Part shown: in pieces, positions 1-8,040 of the stretch | Numbering within the stretch: position 1 is the stretch's first letter | Layout of the letters: each line of letters starts with the position of its first letter | DNA from: Chthoniobacteraceae bacterium | GTDB taxonomy: Bacteria; Verrucomicrobiota; Verrucomicrobiia; Chthoniobacterales; Chthoniobacteraceae | Length of the DNA: 21,548 nucleotides | Assembly: GCA_031409335.1 (NCBI GenBank) | Contig: JANNWY010000001.1 | Location: 1 to 21,548 of the forward strand | Direction: 5' to 3' | Position numbers and translations under genes: made by a program | The notes under the pieces: model-generated | The model's database searches: none | What the model saw: the letters and a program-made list of their open reading frames with translations, nothing else | What the model was told of the DNA's origin: nothing

Positions 1-2
1 GG

Positions 3-278
3 TCGCTTTTCGGGATCCGCGCGGCTGGGTTTCGCGTGGTGTTCGATGCCACCCTTTCCGTGCCGCGCCCCGGCGGGGCGGGGGACCGGCCGGGGGGCTA
101 TGGAACCCTCGCGCCGGTGCTGGCGCGAGCGGCGGTGGCAGCGGGGTGTGACGGCGTTTTCATCGAGACGCATGAAGACCCGTCGCAGGCGATGTCGGAC
201 GGGCCGAATCAGATTCCGCTGACGGAGTTGCCGCGGCTTCTGGAACAATTGAAAGCGATTCATGCGATCGTTTCGTAA
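3..278 (+). CDS. kdsA: 3' end of 2-dehydro-3-deoxyphosphooctonate aldolase (KDO8P synthase), truncated by the window edge
   Basis: The frame is open from base 3 and reads VVFDAT.SV.RPGG, LARAAVAAGCDGVFIETH.DP..A.SDGPNQ.PL. This matches the KdsA C-terminus. Confidence 0.92.
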   Translation, partial: SLFGIRAAGFRVVFDATLSVPRPGGAGDRPGGYGTLAPVLARAAVAAGCDGVFIETHEDPSQAMSDGPNQIPLTELPRLLEQLKAIHAIVS

Positions 279-386
279 CGGGGCCGTCTTCGCGGATTTT
301 TCCGCCGATCACCTGAATCGCCGGGCCGTTTGTTTTGGCGAATGGTTTGGCTTTCCAATCGCGGTCCCAGCCGCTTTCTTCCGCCG

Positions 387-1094
387 ATGCTTGAAGTCCG
401 CGATCTCCATGTGAATTACGGCGCGATCAGCGCGCTGCACGGCATCTCGCTCGAAGTGAAACAGGGCGAGATCGTGACATTGATCGGCGCAAACGGAGCC
501 GGGAAAAGCACCGCGCTGCGCGCCATCTCAGGTCTCGTGAAGCCGCGCTCCGGCGTCATCAATTTCGAGGGACACAATATCGCCGGGCTGGCTGCGCACG
601 CGGTCGTCGGTCGCGGCATCGCGCAGAGCCCCGAGGGCCGCATGGTCTTCGCCAATCTCAGCGTCATCGAAAATCTCCGCATGGGTGCCTACCTGCGCCA
701 CCACCAGCATGAGATCGCCACGGATCTCAGCTACATTTTCGGAATTTTTCCACGGCTCAAAGAGCGCGAACAACAAATCGCCGGCACGCTGAGCGGCGGC
801 GAACAGCAGATGCTCGCGATCGGCCGCGCGCTGATGAGCAAACCGAAATGCCTGATGCTCGACGAACCCTCGCTCGGCATCGCCCCGATCCTGGTGCGCA
901 CGATTTTCGACAAGATCGTGGAGGTCAACAAAGAGCTCGGTTTGACCATCCTGCTCGTCGAGCAGAACGCGAATCTCGCGCTGGAAATCAGCAATCGAGG
1001 CTACGTGCTCGAAACTGGCCGTATCATCCTCTCCGACACCGCCGCTGCCTTGCGCGACAATCCACAAGTTCGGGAAAGCTATCTGGGCGGATAA
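387..1094 (+). CDS. livF: ABC transporter ATP-binding protein, branched-chain amino acid (HAAT) LivF-like
   Basis: Walker A GANGAGKST, SPEGRMVF, signature LSGGEQQMLAIGRALM, Walker B LMLDEPSLG and the LivF-typical LLVEQNA switch. Start set at ATG 387 (MLEVRDLHVNYG), the typical N-terminus. Confidence 0.88.
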   Translation: MLEVRDLHVNYGAISALHGISLEVKQGEIVTLIGANGAGKSTALRAISGLVKPRSGVINFEGHNIAGLAAHAVVGRGIAQSPEGRMVFANLSVIENLRMGAYLRHHQHEIATDLSYIFGIFPRLKEREQQIAGTLSGGEQQMLAIGRALMSKPKCLMLDEPSLGIAPILVRTIFDKIVEVNKELGLTILLVEQNANLALEISNRGYVLETGRIILSDTAAALRDNPQVRESYLGG

Positions 1095-1220
1095 CCCGGC
1101 TATTTCAGCAGGCTGGTTGCCCGGTCGCACCGGATTTGCCACGTCGCGCCCCTGTTCGGACGGAATCCGCAGCGGAAATCGAAACACTATTCGGCACCCA
1201 AAAAATCCCGGAAATTCAAC

Positions 1221-1249
1221 TTGTCACCCCTCGGGGCGTGTGCCAGCTT
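1221..1249 (+). promoter_or_regulatory. Putative sigma70-type promoter for rplU-rpmA
   Basis: TTGTCA (1221-1226), a 17-nt spacer, then CAGCTT (1244-1249). It is preceded by an A-rich tract and lies about 30 nt upstream of the rplU ATG. The -10 element is non-canonical. Confidence 0.45.
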
Positions 1250-1280
1250 CGCGCCCCATTTTCAAAGGGGCCATTCTTCT

Positions 1281-1592
1281 ATGTCATACGCAGTCATCAA
1301 AACAGGCGGGAAACAATACAAGGTCGCAAAAGGCGACGTGATCGAGGTCGAAAAAATCGACGGTGACTCGGGTGCCGAGATCACTTTTTCGGAGGTGCTG
1401 CTCACTGGCGAAGGCGCGAACGTGAAGACCGGGAAAGCGCTGGGAAGCGCATCCGTGGTGGGCGAAATCGTCGAGCAGACGAAGGGCGAAAAGCTCATCG
1501 CTTACAAATATCGCCGCCGGAAAGGCTATCACCGGACCGTCGGCCACCGTCAAAAGCTGACCAAAGTGAAGATCAAATCCATCGCCGCGTAA
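1281..1592 (+). CDS. rplU: 50S ribosomal protein bL21
   Basis: [15 protein letters not shown] and [23 protein letters not shown] are L21 signatures. The gene lies directly upstream of rpmA. Confidence 0.98.
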   Translation: MSYAVIKTGGKQYKVAKGDVIEVEKIDGDSGAEITFSEVLLTGEGANVKTGKALGSASVVGEIVEQTKGEKLIAYKYRRRKGYHRTVGHRQKLTKVKIKSIAA

Positions 1593-1638
1593 GCAGGCAC
1601 GGCTTTCAACTCTCAATCTCCAACTTACCACTCTCCAA

Positions 1639-1896
1639 ATGGCTCACAAAAAAGGTCAGGGATCCGTCAAGAATGGACGCGATAGCGTTTCCAAGCGTCT
1701 CGGCGTTAAAAAATTCGGCAGCCAGACGGTCATTGCCGGCAACATCATCGTCCGCCAGCGCGGGACGAAATTCCTGCCGGGCAAGGGCGTTGGCCTCGGT
1801 CGCGACTACACGATTTTTGCGCTCGTCGATGGGACGGTGCGGTTCGATTTCGGCAGCCGCCGGGTGAACGTCGATCCAGTCGCTTCCGCGAACTAA
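1639..1896 (+). CDS. rpmA: 50S ribosomal protein bL27
   Basis: [26 protein letters not shown] and [25 protein letters not shown] are L27 signatures. There is no N-terminal extension and no prp gene between rplU and rpmA. Confidence 0.98.
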   Translation: MAHKKGQGSVKNGRDSVSKRLGVKKFGSQTVIAGNIIVRQRGTKFLPGKGVGLGRDYTIFALVDGTVRFDFGSRRVNVDPVASAN

Positions 1897-1921
1897 ACGG
1901 AACACAATTTCCCTTCAGGAG

Positions 1922-1965
1922 AAGAAGCGCTTCGGTTTTCCCGACCGAAGCGCTTCTTTGTTTTT
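1922..1965 (+). terminator. Rho-independent terminator after rpmA
   Basis: Perfect 15-bp stem AAGAAGCGCTTCGGT (1922-1936) / ACCGAAGCGCTTCTT (1944-1958) with a 7-nt loop, followed by TGTTTTT. Confidence 0.88.
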
Positions 1966-2168
1966 CCGGCATGAGTGGATCGAAAGCATTTGGAACGCTT
2001 TCAATGCGCGGCAGCCAATTTCTCCGCATCGAGAAAGGCAGTGGACGAAAACAGCGCAACGCCGCAGGCAATGCCGAGTTATACCACCTTGCACACGACA
2101 GCGAAGTCCGCCCGTCTGTTACCCATCCACTCGCAAGGCCACTGCCATTCCAACTCAACACCCGTAGC

Positions 2169-3539
2169 ATGAAAAATACACTGTTCCGCCTCGCCTGCCT
2201 GGCAATGACCTGTGGCGCTACCCTGGCTGCCGAGACGAGAAAGCCCAACATCGTCTATCTGCTCGTCGATGATCTTGGTTACGCGGATTGCGGGTTCATG
2301 GGAGGCAAGGACATCGTCACACCGCACATCGACAAGCTCGCGAAGGAGGGTGTCGTGCTTGATTCGTTTTATGTGCAGCCGGTCTGCTCGCCGACGCGCG
2401 CGGCGCTGCTCACGGGCCGCTACGCCACGCACACGGGAGTGTATACCGTCGTGCGACCGGGCGCGCCCTGGGGCCTGCCGCTCGCTGAGCGGACGCTGCC
2501 GCAGGCGTTGCGGGAGGCGGGTTATGCGACCTTCATTTGCGGGAAATGGCACCTTGGCGAGTTTCAGCCGGAATACACTCCGACGCGGCGTGGCTTCGAC
2601 CATCATTACGGGCACATGTTCGGCGCGATTGATTTTTTCACGCACAAACGCGACGGGAAACACGACTGGTATCGCGACGACAAAGCCTCGGTGGAAGAGG
2701 GTTACTCGACCCATCTCATCGCGAAGGAAGCCTGCCGCATCATTCGTGAGCAGCCATCCGAAAAACCGCTGTTCCTTTACGTGCCGTTCAACGGGATTCA
2801 CGCGCCGCATCAGGTGCCGGATAGTTACAAGGAGCCTTACGAGGCACTGAAGGAACCGCGCCGCAGCATTGCCGGGATGCTGGCGGCGGTGGATGAAGCG
2901 ATCGGACAAATCGCCGCCGCGCTCGATGAGAAAGGGCTGCGCAAGGACACGCTCATCATTTTCTCCAGCGACAATGGCGGCCCCGCACCGGGCAGGGCGA
3001 CGATGAACACGCCGCTGCGCGCGGGAAAGGGCACCATCTACGAAGGTGGCATCCGCGTGTGCGCCTTTGCCCACTGGCCTGGCAGGATTTCCCCAGGCAC
3101 CACCAGCAAGGAACCGATGCACGCCGTGGACTGGTATCCCACGCTGCTCAAACTCGCCGGTGCTCCCACTGCCCAAAAGCTCGCGCCCGACGGCCTGGAC
3201 ATCTGGCCGGTCCTCACGGAAGGCGCGAAGTCTCCCCACGAAGCCATCCTGCTGCTCGGCACGGTTCCCGGCAAAGCCGCGTTGCGCATGGGCGATTGGA
3301 AGCTGCTGCTCAATGCCAGCGAGAAGAACGCAGAGGAAACGCCTGACGACGAGGCGAACTCCGCGGGCACGGTGGAGCTTTACAACCTCGCGGAAGACCT
3401 CGGCGAGAAGAAGAACCTCGCGGCCTCACAGCCTGGGAAGGTGAAGGAACTGCGCGCGCGTCTCGATGCACTTTTGGAGAACGCCGCGCCGCCGGGCAAC
3501 GCCGCCGCCCAGACCAAGTCCCGCAAGAGAGCCAGGTAG
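2169..3539 (+). CDS. Secreted formylglycine-dependent sulfatase (S1 family, arylsulfatase B-like)
   Basis: Sec signal MKNTLFRLACLAMTCGATLAA, then PNIVYLLVDDLG, the CSPTRAALLTGR signature, GKWHLG, SSDNGG and GKGTIYEGGIRV. Start at ATG 2169 preferred over 1971. Confidence 0.93.
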   Translation: MKNTLFRLACLAMTCGATLAAETRKPNIVYLLVDDLGYADCGFMGGKDIVTPHIDKLAKEGVVLDSFYVQPVCSPTRAALLTGRYATHTGVYTVVRPGAPWGLPLAERTLPQALREAGYATFICGKWHLGEFQPEYTPTRRGFDHHYGHMFGAIDFFTHKRDGKHDWYRDDKASVEEGYSTHLIAKEACRIIREQPSEKPLFLYVPFNGIHAPHQVPDSYKEPYEALKEPRRSIAGMLAAVDEAIGQIAAALDEKGLRKDTLIIFSSDNGGPAPGRATMNTPLRAGKGTIYEGGIRVCAFAHWPGRISPGTTSKEPMHAVDWYPTLLKLAGAPTAQKLAPDGLDIWPVLTEGAKSPHEAILLLGTVPGKAALRMGDWKLLLNASEKNAEETPDDEANSAGTVELYNLAEDLGEKKNLAASQPGKVKELRARLDALLENAAPPGNAAAQTKSRKRAR

Positions 3540-3608
3540 CCTCGCGGTCGTGACTCACCCGCCATCCACTCGAAGACGCATCTTCACATCCAACCCATCC
3601 GCACTGCC

Positions 3609-5036
3609 ATGAAACGAACCCATCTGCTAATTCCACTCCTCCTCGCGCTACTCGCGGCCATCATCGCTCCGTGCCGGGCGGCGGAGAAATTCAACGTCCT
3701 CTTCATCCCCGTGGACGATCTCAACCACTGGGTCGGCCACCTTAAGCGCAACCCGCAGGCTAAGACCCCGAATCTCGACCGGCTGGCAAAGATGGGTGTC
3801 ACCTTCACGAACGCCCATTGCGCCGCGCCCATCTGCAATCCCTCGCGCACCGCGCTGCTCAGCGGCATTCGGCCGAGCACCACGGGCATTTACGACAACG
3901 GCGCGCACTACTCCAAAGGGGCGGGCGTGAGTGCGGCGGGATCGCTCGTGATGCAGTTCAAGAACGCGGGCTACGAAACGCTCGGCATGGGCAAGCTGTG
4001 GCACGGCGGGCTGGGCTTTCCCGAGCAGTGGACGGCGACGGGCGCGAAGGGGCCAGCGGCGCGCGGGAAGCTCGATGATCGCAGCATCGGCGGGATCGCG
4101 TTTGGCATCATCGCGGGCGGCGACGAGAATGTCTCGGACACCGCGACGACTGACTGGGCCATTGCCGAGCTTGGCAAAAAACACGACGCGCCATTCTTCC
4201 TCGTGCCCGGTTTTCACAAGCCGCACATGCCATGGAACGTGCACCAGAAATACTACGACATGCACCCACTCGCGGAGATCGCGCTGCCGCCGACGAAGCC
4301 GGATGATCTCGCGGACATCCCGACCGCGGGCGTGAAGATGGCGCACCAATCTGGCGACCACGCGCGCGTCATCGCGTCTGGTCGGTGGAAGGAAGCGGTG
4401 CAGGCATATCTCGCCGCCATTTCCTATCTCGATGGCCAGGTCGGCCGCCTGCTCGACGCGCTGGAGAAATCCGCCTACAAGGACAACACCATCATCTGCC
4501 TGTGGGGTGATCACGGCTGGCATCTCGGCGAAAAGGAGCACTGGCGGAAGTTCGCGCTGTGGGAGGAGGCGACGCGCGCGCCGTTCATCTGGGTCGTGCC
4601 CGGCGTCGCCAAACCGGGCGGCGTCTGCGCGCGGCCGGTCGATTTCATGAGCATCTACCCGACGCTCTGCGACCTCGCAGGCATCGCGAAGCCCGCGCAC
4701 GTCACTGGCCAGAATATCCGCCCGCTGCTCGCAGATCCGCAGGCTGCATGGACGACACCTGCGCTCACCACGCACGGACTCAATAACCACGCCATCCGCA
4801 CCGAGCGCTGGCGCTACATCCGCTACGCCGACGGCAGCGAGGAACTCTACGATCACGGCAATGACAAATACGAATGGACGAACCTCGCCGCGAAGCCCGA
4901 GCACGCCGCGCTGAAGCAGGAACTTGCCGCGTTTTTGCCGAAGGAAAATGTCGCCGAAATCAAAGGCAATGGCGACGGCGACGCTCCGGCAAAGGCCGCG
5001 CAGCGCGCAAAACGTCAGGCTGAGAAGCGGAAATAG
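3609..5036 (+). CDS. Secreted formylglycine-dependent sulfatase (S1 family, iduronate-2-sulfatase/choline-sulfatase-like)
   Basis: Signal peptide MKRTHLLIPLLLALLAAIIAPCRA, then NVLFIPVDDLN, the CNPSRTALLSG signature, GFHKPHMPW and WGDHGWHLGEKEHWRK. Confidence 0.93.
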   Translation: MKRTHLLIPLLLALLAAIIAPCRAAEKFNVLFIPVDDLNHWVGHLKRNPQAKTPNLDRLAKMGVTFTNAHCAAPICNPSRTALLSGIRPSTTGIYDNGAHYSKGAGVSAAGSLVMQFKNAGYETLGMGKLWHGGLGFPEQWTATGAKGPAARGKLDDRSIGGIAFGIIAGGDENVSDTATTDWAIAELGKKHDAPFFLVPGFHKPHMPWNVHQKYYDMHPLAEIALPPTKPDDLADIPTAGVKMAHQSGDHARVIASGRWKEAVQAYLAAISYLDGQVGRLLDALEKSAYKDNTIICLWGDHGWHLGEKEHWRKFALWEEATRAPFIWVVPGVAKPGGVCARPVDFMSIYPTLCDLAGIAKPAHVTGQNIRPLLADPQAAWTTPALTTHGLNNHAIRTERWRYIRYADGSEELYDHGNDKYEWTNLAAKPEHAALKQELAAFLPKENVAEIKGNGDGDAPAKAAQRAKRQAEKRK

Positions 5037-5247
5037 CGCCTCCCCATTTTCGAAAGTCAGGAGTCCCACTCGTCCCCTCGTCACCGCAGTCTTCGTCCGT
5101 AGTGAGCCACGGAAGAGCGCTTGCGGACAGTGCGGGATTGAACGGGCGCGCGCGGGCTTGCGATGGGGAAGGAATCGAAGGAATCTGGAAGCCCGCTCCA
5201 ACCCCTTCGCCCAAGTATGCGCTCCACTGGCACCTGTCCATCCCATC

Positions 5248-7935
5248 GTGAGTGATCGCGTGTGTGCTTCACTTTTCGCGCTGCGCATCCTTGCCGCTGT
5301 CGCGCTGCTCCCATCTGCCTGCGAGCGTCCGGCAAAGCCGCGCGACGCATCTTCTTCGCAGGATGTCCCGGCAAAGCCGCTCGATCACGACGTGGCAGCG
5401 GCGCTTTCCCATCTCGAAGGCTCCCCTCGCGACGTGCCGCTCGCGGTCGCGCATCTGGCGCGGGCGTGCCGCCGCGAACCGCGCGATGCATTCGCCAGCG
5501 CGCTGCTATACCGCGCCTTGAGTGATGCGCGGACGGCATTTCCGATTCTGGAAATATCGCATCCGGGCGCGGTTTCAGGCGTTGCCTTCAGTCGCGATGG
5601 CACGCGCGTGCTTTCAGTCGAGGCGACTGGAAATGTGCGCGTTTGGGATGCCACCAGCGGAGCCTCGATCGGCGAGCGGATGGCCCATCCGGTGAAGGTG
5701 CGCACCGCGGAATTCAGCGGCGACGGCACCCTCATCGTCACGGCGGCGGATGATGGCCTCGTCCGAATTTGGGATGCATTGACGGGGCGTGCGCGCGGGG
5801 TTTCCATCCGACACGAGGGGACGCTGCGAAGCGCTTCGTTCAGCCCGGATGGCGCGGTCATATTGTCCGTCGGTGGAAGTGCGGCGCGGCTGTGGAATGC
5901 CTCAACTGGTGCGCCGCTGGGCAGTCTGTTGCAGCAGACAGCGGCAGTCTTGACGGCCGCTTTCAATCGCGACGGCACGCGCATCGTCACCGGCGGAGAG
6001 GATGGCATTGCGCAAGTCTGGCGCTCGAATGGCGAGCGCGCCGGGCCGCCGCTCGTGGCGCGCAGTCCCGTGAATGCCGTGGGATTCAGCCCGGATGATC
6101 AGCGCGTAGTCGTCGCGTGCGAAGACGGCGGTGCGCGAATCTGGAATGTCATCAGCGGTGAACTCATTTCCGATGCGTTGAAACATTCGGCGGCGCTGCG
6201 ATCCGCATCGTTCAGCCCGGACGGGACCCGCATCCTGACGGCGGGCGAAGACGGCGTGGTGCGCGGGTGGGATGGATTTTCCGGCAGGCCACTCGGTGAG
6301 GGACGCAGGCGCGCGGGAAAAGTCGCGGCGTTCGATCCCGCTGGCGCGCGGATCGTGACGGCGGGTGTGGATGAAATCGTGCGCGTCTGGGACGCGGCGG
6401 GAAGCAGCCCGCGCGGCGAAATTTTCAGGACCGAGGGCGACGCGCAGTGGGCGGCGTTCAGCCCGGATGAAACGCGGGTGCTCACCGTGGCGGGCGATCA
6501 CGGCGCGCAAATCTGGGAGGTCGCGAGCGGGCGACCGCGCGGGTCGGCGATGAAACACGAGGGCCGTGTGCGTTGCGCGTCGTTCAGCCTGGATGGGCTG
6601 CGCATCATCACCGGCGGGGATGACATGGTGGCGCGGTTTTGGAATGGCACAACGGGCGAGCCGGAAGGCAAACCGCTGCCGCACGAAGCCCGCGTGTGGA
6701 GCGCCACCTTCAGCCGCGATGGCGCGCGCGTGCTGACAGCCAGCGACGACGGCACCGCGCAGGTCTGGAATGCCGCGACCGGCCAGCCCGTCGCCCCGCC
6801 GCTCGTCCACGTCGATGCGGTCATCAGCGCGCGCTTCAGCCCGGACGGCGCGCGCATCGTCACCGCGAGCACGGACTGGACGGCGCGAGTCTGGGATGCC
6901 GCGACCAGCCGCCCGTCCGGCCCGCCGCTGCGCCACACGCACGCACGGCTTTTCTCGGCGCAATTCAGTCCCGATGGCGAGTCCGTGCTGACCGCCTCGG
7001 GGGATCGCTCCGCGCGGATTTGGAACGCGACAAGCGGCGACCCAATCGGTGAACCGTTCTGGCACCGTCGCGCCGTTCTCGGTGCCAGCTTCAGCGCCGA
7101 TGGCAGCCGCGTGATCACCGCGAGCCTCGATGGTACCGCCGCCGTCCGGGATCTCCGCAATCCTGAACACTTCGCGGTGCCGCTGCGTCATCGCGATGCG
7201 GTCCGCGCAGCCGTGTTCGGACCGCGCGATGAGCGAATCGCCACGGCGAGTCAGGATCACACCGCACGGATTTGGGATGCCACGAGCGGGCAGGGGATCG
7301 GCGAACCTTTTTTCCACGAAGAGTCGGTGCAAAGCGCGGTGTTCAACGCCGACGGCACAAAGCTCCTCACCGCAGGGCTCGATGGGACCGCGCGCATGTG
7401 GAATGCCGGCCCGTCGGGTCCCGCGCCGGCGTGGTTCGTCGAATTCGCTGAAAGATTTGCCGGCTGGAAAATCGACGATGCTGGAAAAACGCCGGTGGTT
7501 TCTCCGCGAAAAATCGAGCCGCTGCCAAACGATCGCGACGATTGCTGGGTGAAACTGGTGCGCTGGCTCTTGCAGCGTGGCGGCGAAAAAACAGTCCATC
7601 CGCTCACGACGAGGACGGAGCGGGAAAATGCGAACGAACAAGTGCAGCGCGGCACGCGCGCGGCGCTCGCCGATGCCGCCGACATGCTGCCCGGCGATCC
7701 GCTCGTGCTCGCCGCGCTCGCGTCGCAATTTTCCGCGGCCGCCACTGTCGATTTCCTATGCACGCTCGCCGCGCAGCGCGCTCCGAAAGACGCAGCGGTA
7801 CACCACCGCATCGCCATCGCGCGTTTGCAAATCGCGCAAAATGCCGGAGCCCTCGCGGCGATTCGCAAAGCACTTGAACTCGATCCCGGCAACGCGATCT
7901 ACGAAAAATTGCGCGCGGAAATCCCGCCGCCGTAG
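5248..7935 (+). CDS. WD40-repeat protein (15 repeats) with flanking TPR-like helices and a possible (lipo)protein signal peptide
   Basis: Fifteen repeats of ~42 aa of form H...V..A.FS.DG.R..TA..D..AR.W at ~5551-7410. C-terminal TPR-like AIRKALELDPGNAIY. The start is uncertain: GTG 5248 was chosen because it follows a C-rich leader and precedes the hydrophobic stretch LFALRILAAVALLPSAC. The ORF is formally open from 4924. Confidence 0.85.
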   Translation: MSDRVCASLFALRILAAVALLPSACERPAKPRDASSSQDVPAKPLDHDVAAALSHLEGSPRDVPLAVAHLARACRREPRDAFASALLYRALSDARTAFPILEISHPGAVSGVAFSRDGTRVLSVEATGNVRVWDATSGASIGERMAHPVKVRTAEFSGDGTLIVTAADDGLVRIWDALTGRARGVSIRHEGTLRSASFSPDGAVILSVGGSAARLWNASTGAPLGSLLQQTAAVLTAAFNRDGTRIVTGGEDGIAQVWRSNGERAGPPLVARSPVNAVGFSPDDQRVVVACEDGGARIWNVISGELISDALKHSAALRSASFSPDGTRILTAGEDGVVRGWDGFSGRPLGEGRRRAGKVAAFDPAGARIVTAGVDEIVRVWDAAGSSPRGEIFRTEGDAQWAAFSPDETRVLTVAGDHGAQIWEVASGRPRGSAMKHEGRVRCASFSLDGLRIITGGDDMVARFWNGTTGEPEGKPLPHEARVWSATFSRDGARVLTASDDGTAQVWNAATGQPVAPPLVHVDAVISARFSPDGARIVTASTDWTARVWDAATSRPSGPPLRHTHARLFSAQFSPDGESVLTASGDRSARIWNATSGDPIGEPFWHRRAVLGASFSADGSRVITASLDGTAAVRDLRNPEHFAVPLRHRDAVRAAVFGPRDERIATASQDHTARIWDATSGQGIGEPFFHEESVQSAVFNADGTKLLTAGLDGTARMWNAGPSGPAPAWFVEFAERFAGWKIDDAGKTPVVSPRKIEPLPNDRDDCWVKLVRWLLQRGGEKTVHPLTTRTERENANEQVQRGTRAALADAADMLPGDPLVLAALASQFSAAATVDFLCTLAAQRAPKDAAVHHRIAIARLQIAQNAGALAAIRKALELDPGNAIYEKLRAEIPPP

Positions 7936-7972
7936 CTGAGCCGGTACGGCAGCGTAGTTCCCCGTACGCAAT

Positions 7973-8008
7973 TCGCGGCAGGCGGACATTGCTGTCCACC
8001 TGCCGCGA
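7973..8008. terminator. Strong hairpin between convergent genes (possible terminator or solitary REP-like palindrome)
   Basis: TCGCGGCAGGCGGACA-TTGC-TGTCCACCTGCCGCGA forms a 16-bp stem with one mismatch. On the - strand the mismatch is a G.U wobble and the loop is a GCAA tetraloop. There is no clear U-tract. Confidence 0.55.
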
Positions 8009-8040
8009 GATGTGACCCAAATCTGAAGGCCGTTTCCCCG

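Noticed and set aside
387..1094. lptB, suggested by its position after kdsA
   Set aside because: It lacks LptB motifs (LPQE.S.F, SGGERRR, DEPFAGVDP, ITDHNV) and has LivF motifs instead.
5551..7410. CRISPR array or hypervariable DNA repeat in the WD40 region
   Set aside because: The repeats are degenerate, in-frame protein repeats with no identical direct repeat and spacer structure. No cas or reverse transcriptase gene is present.
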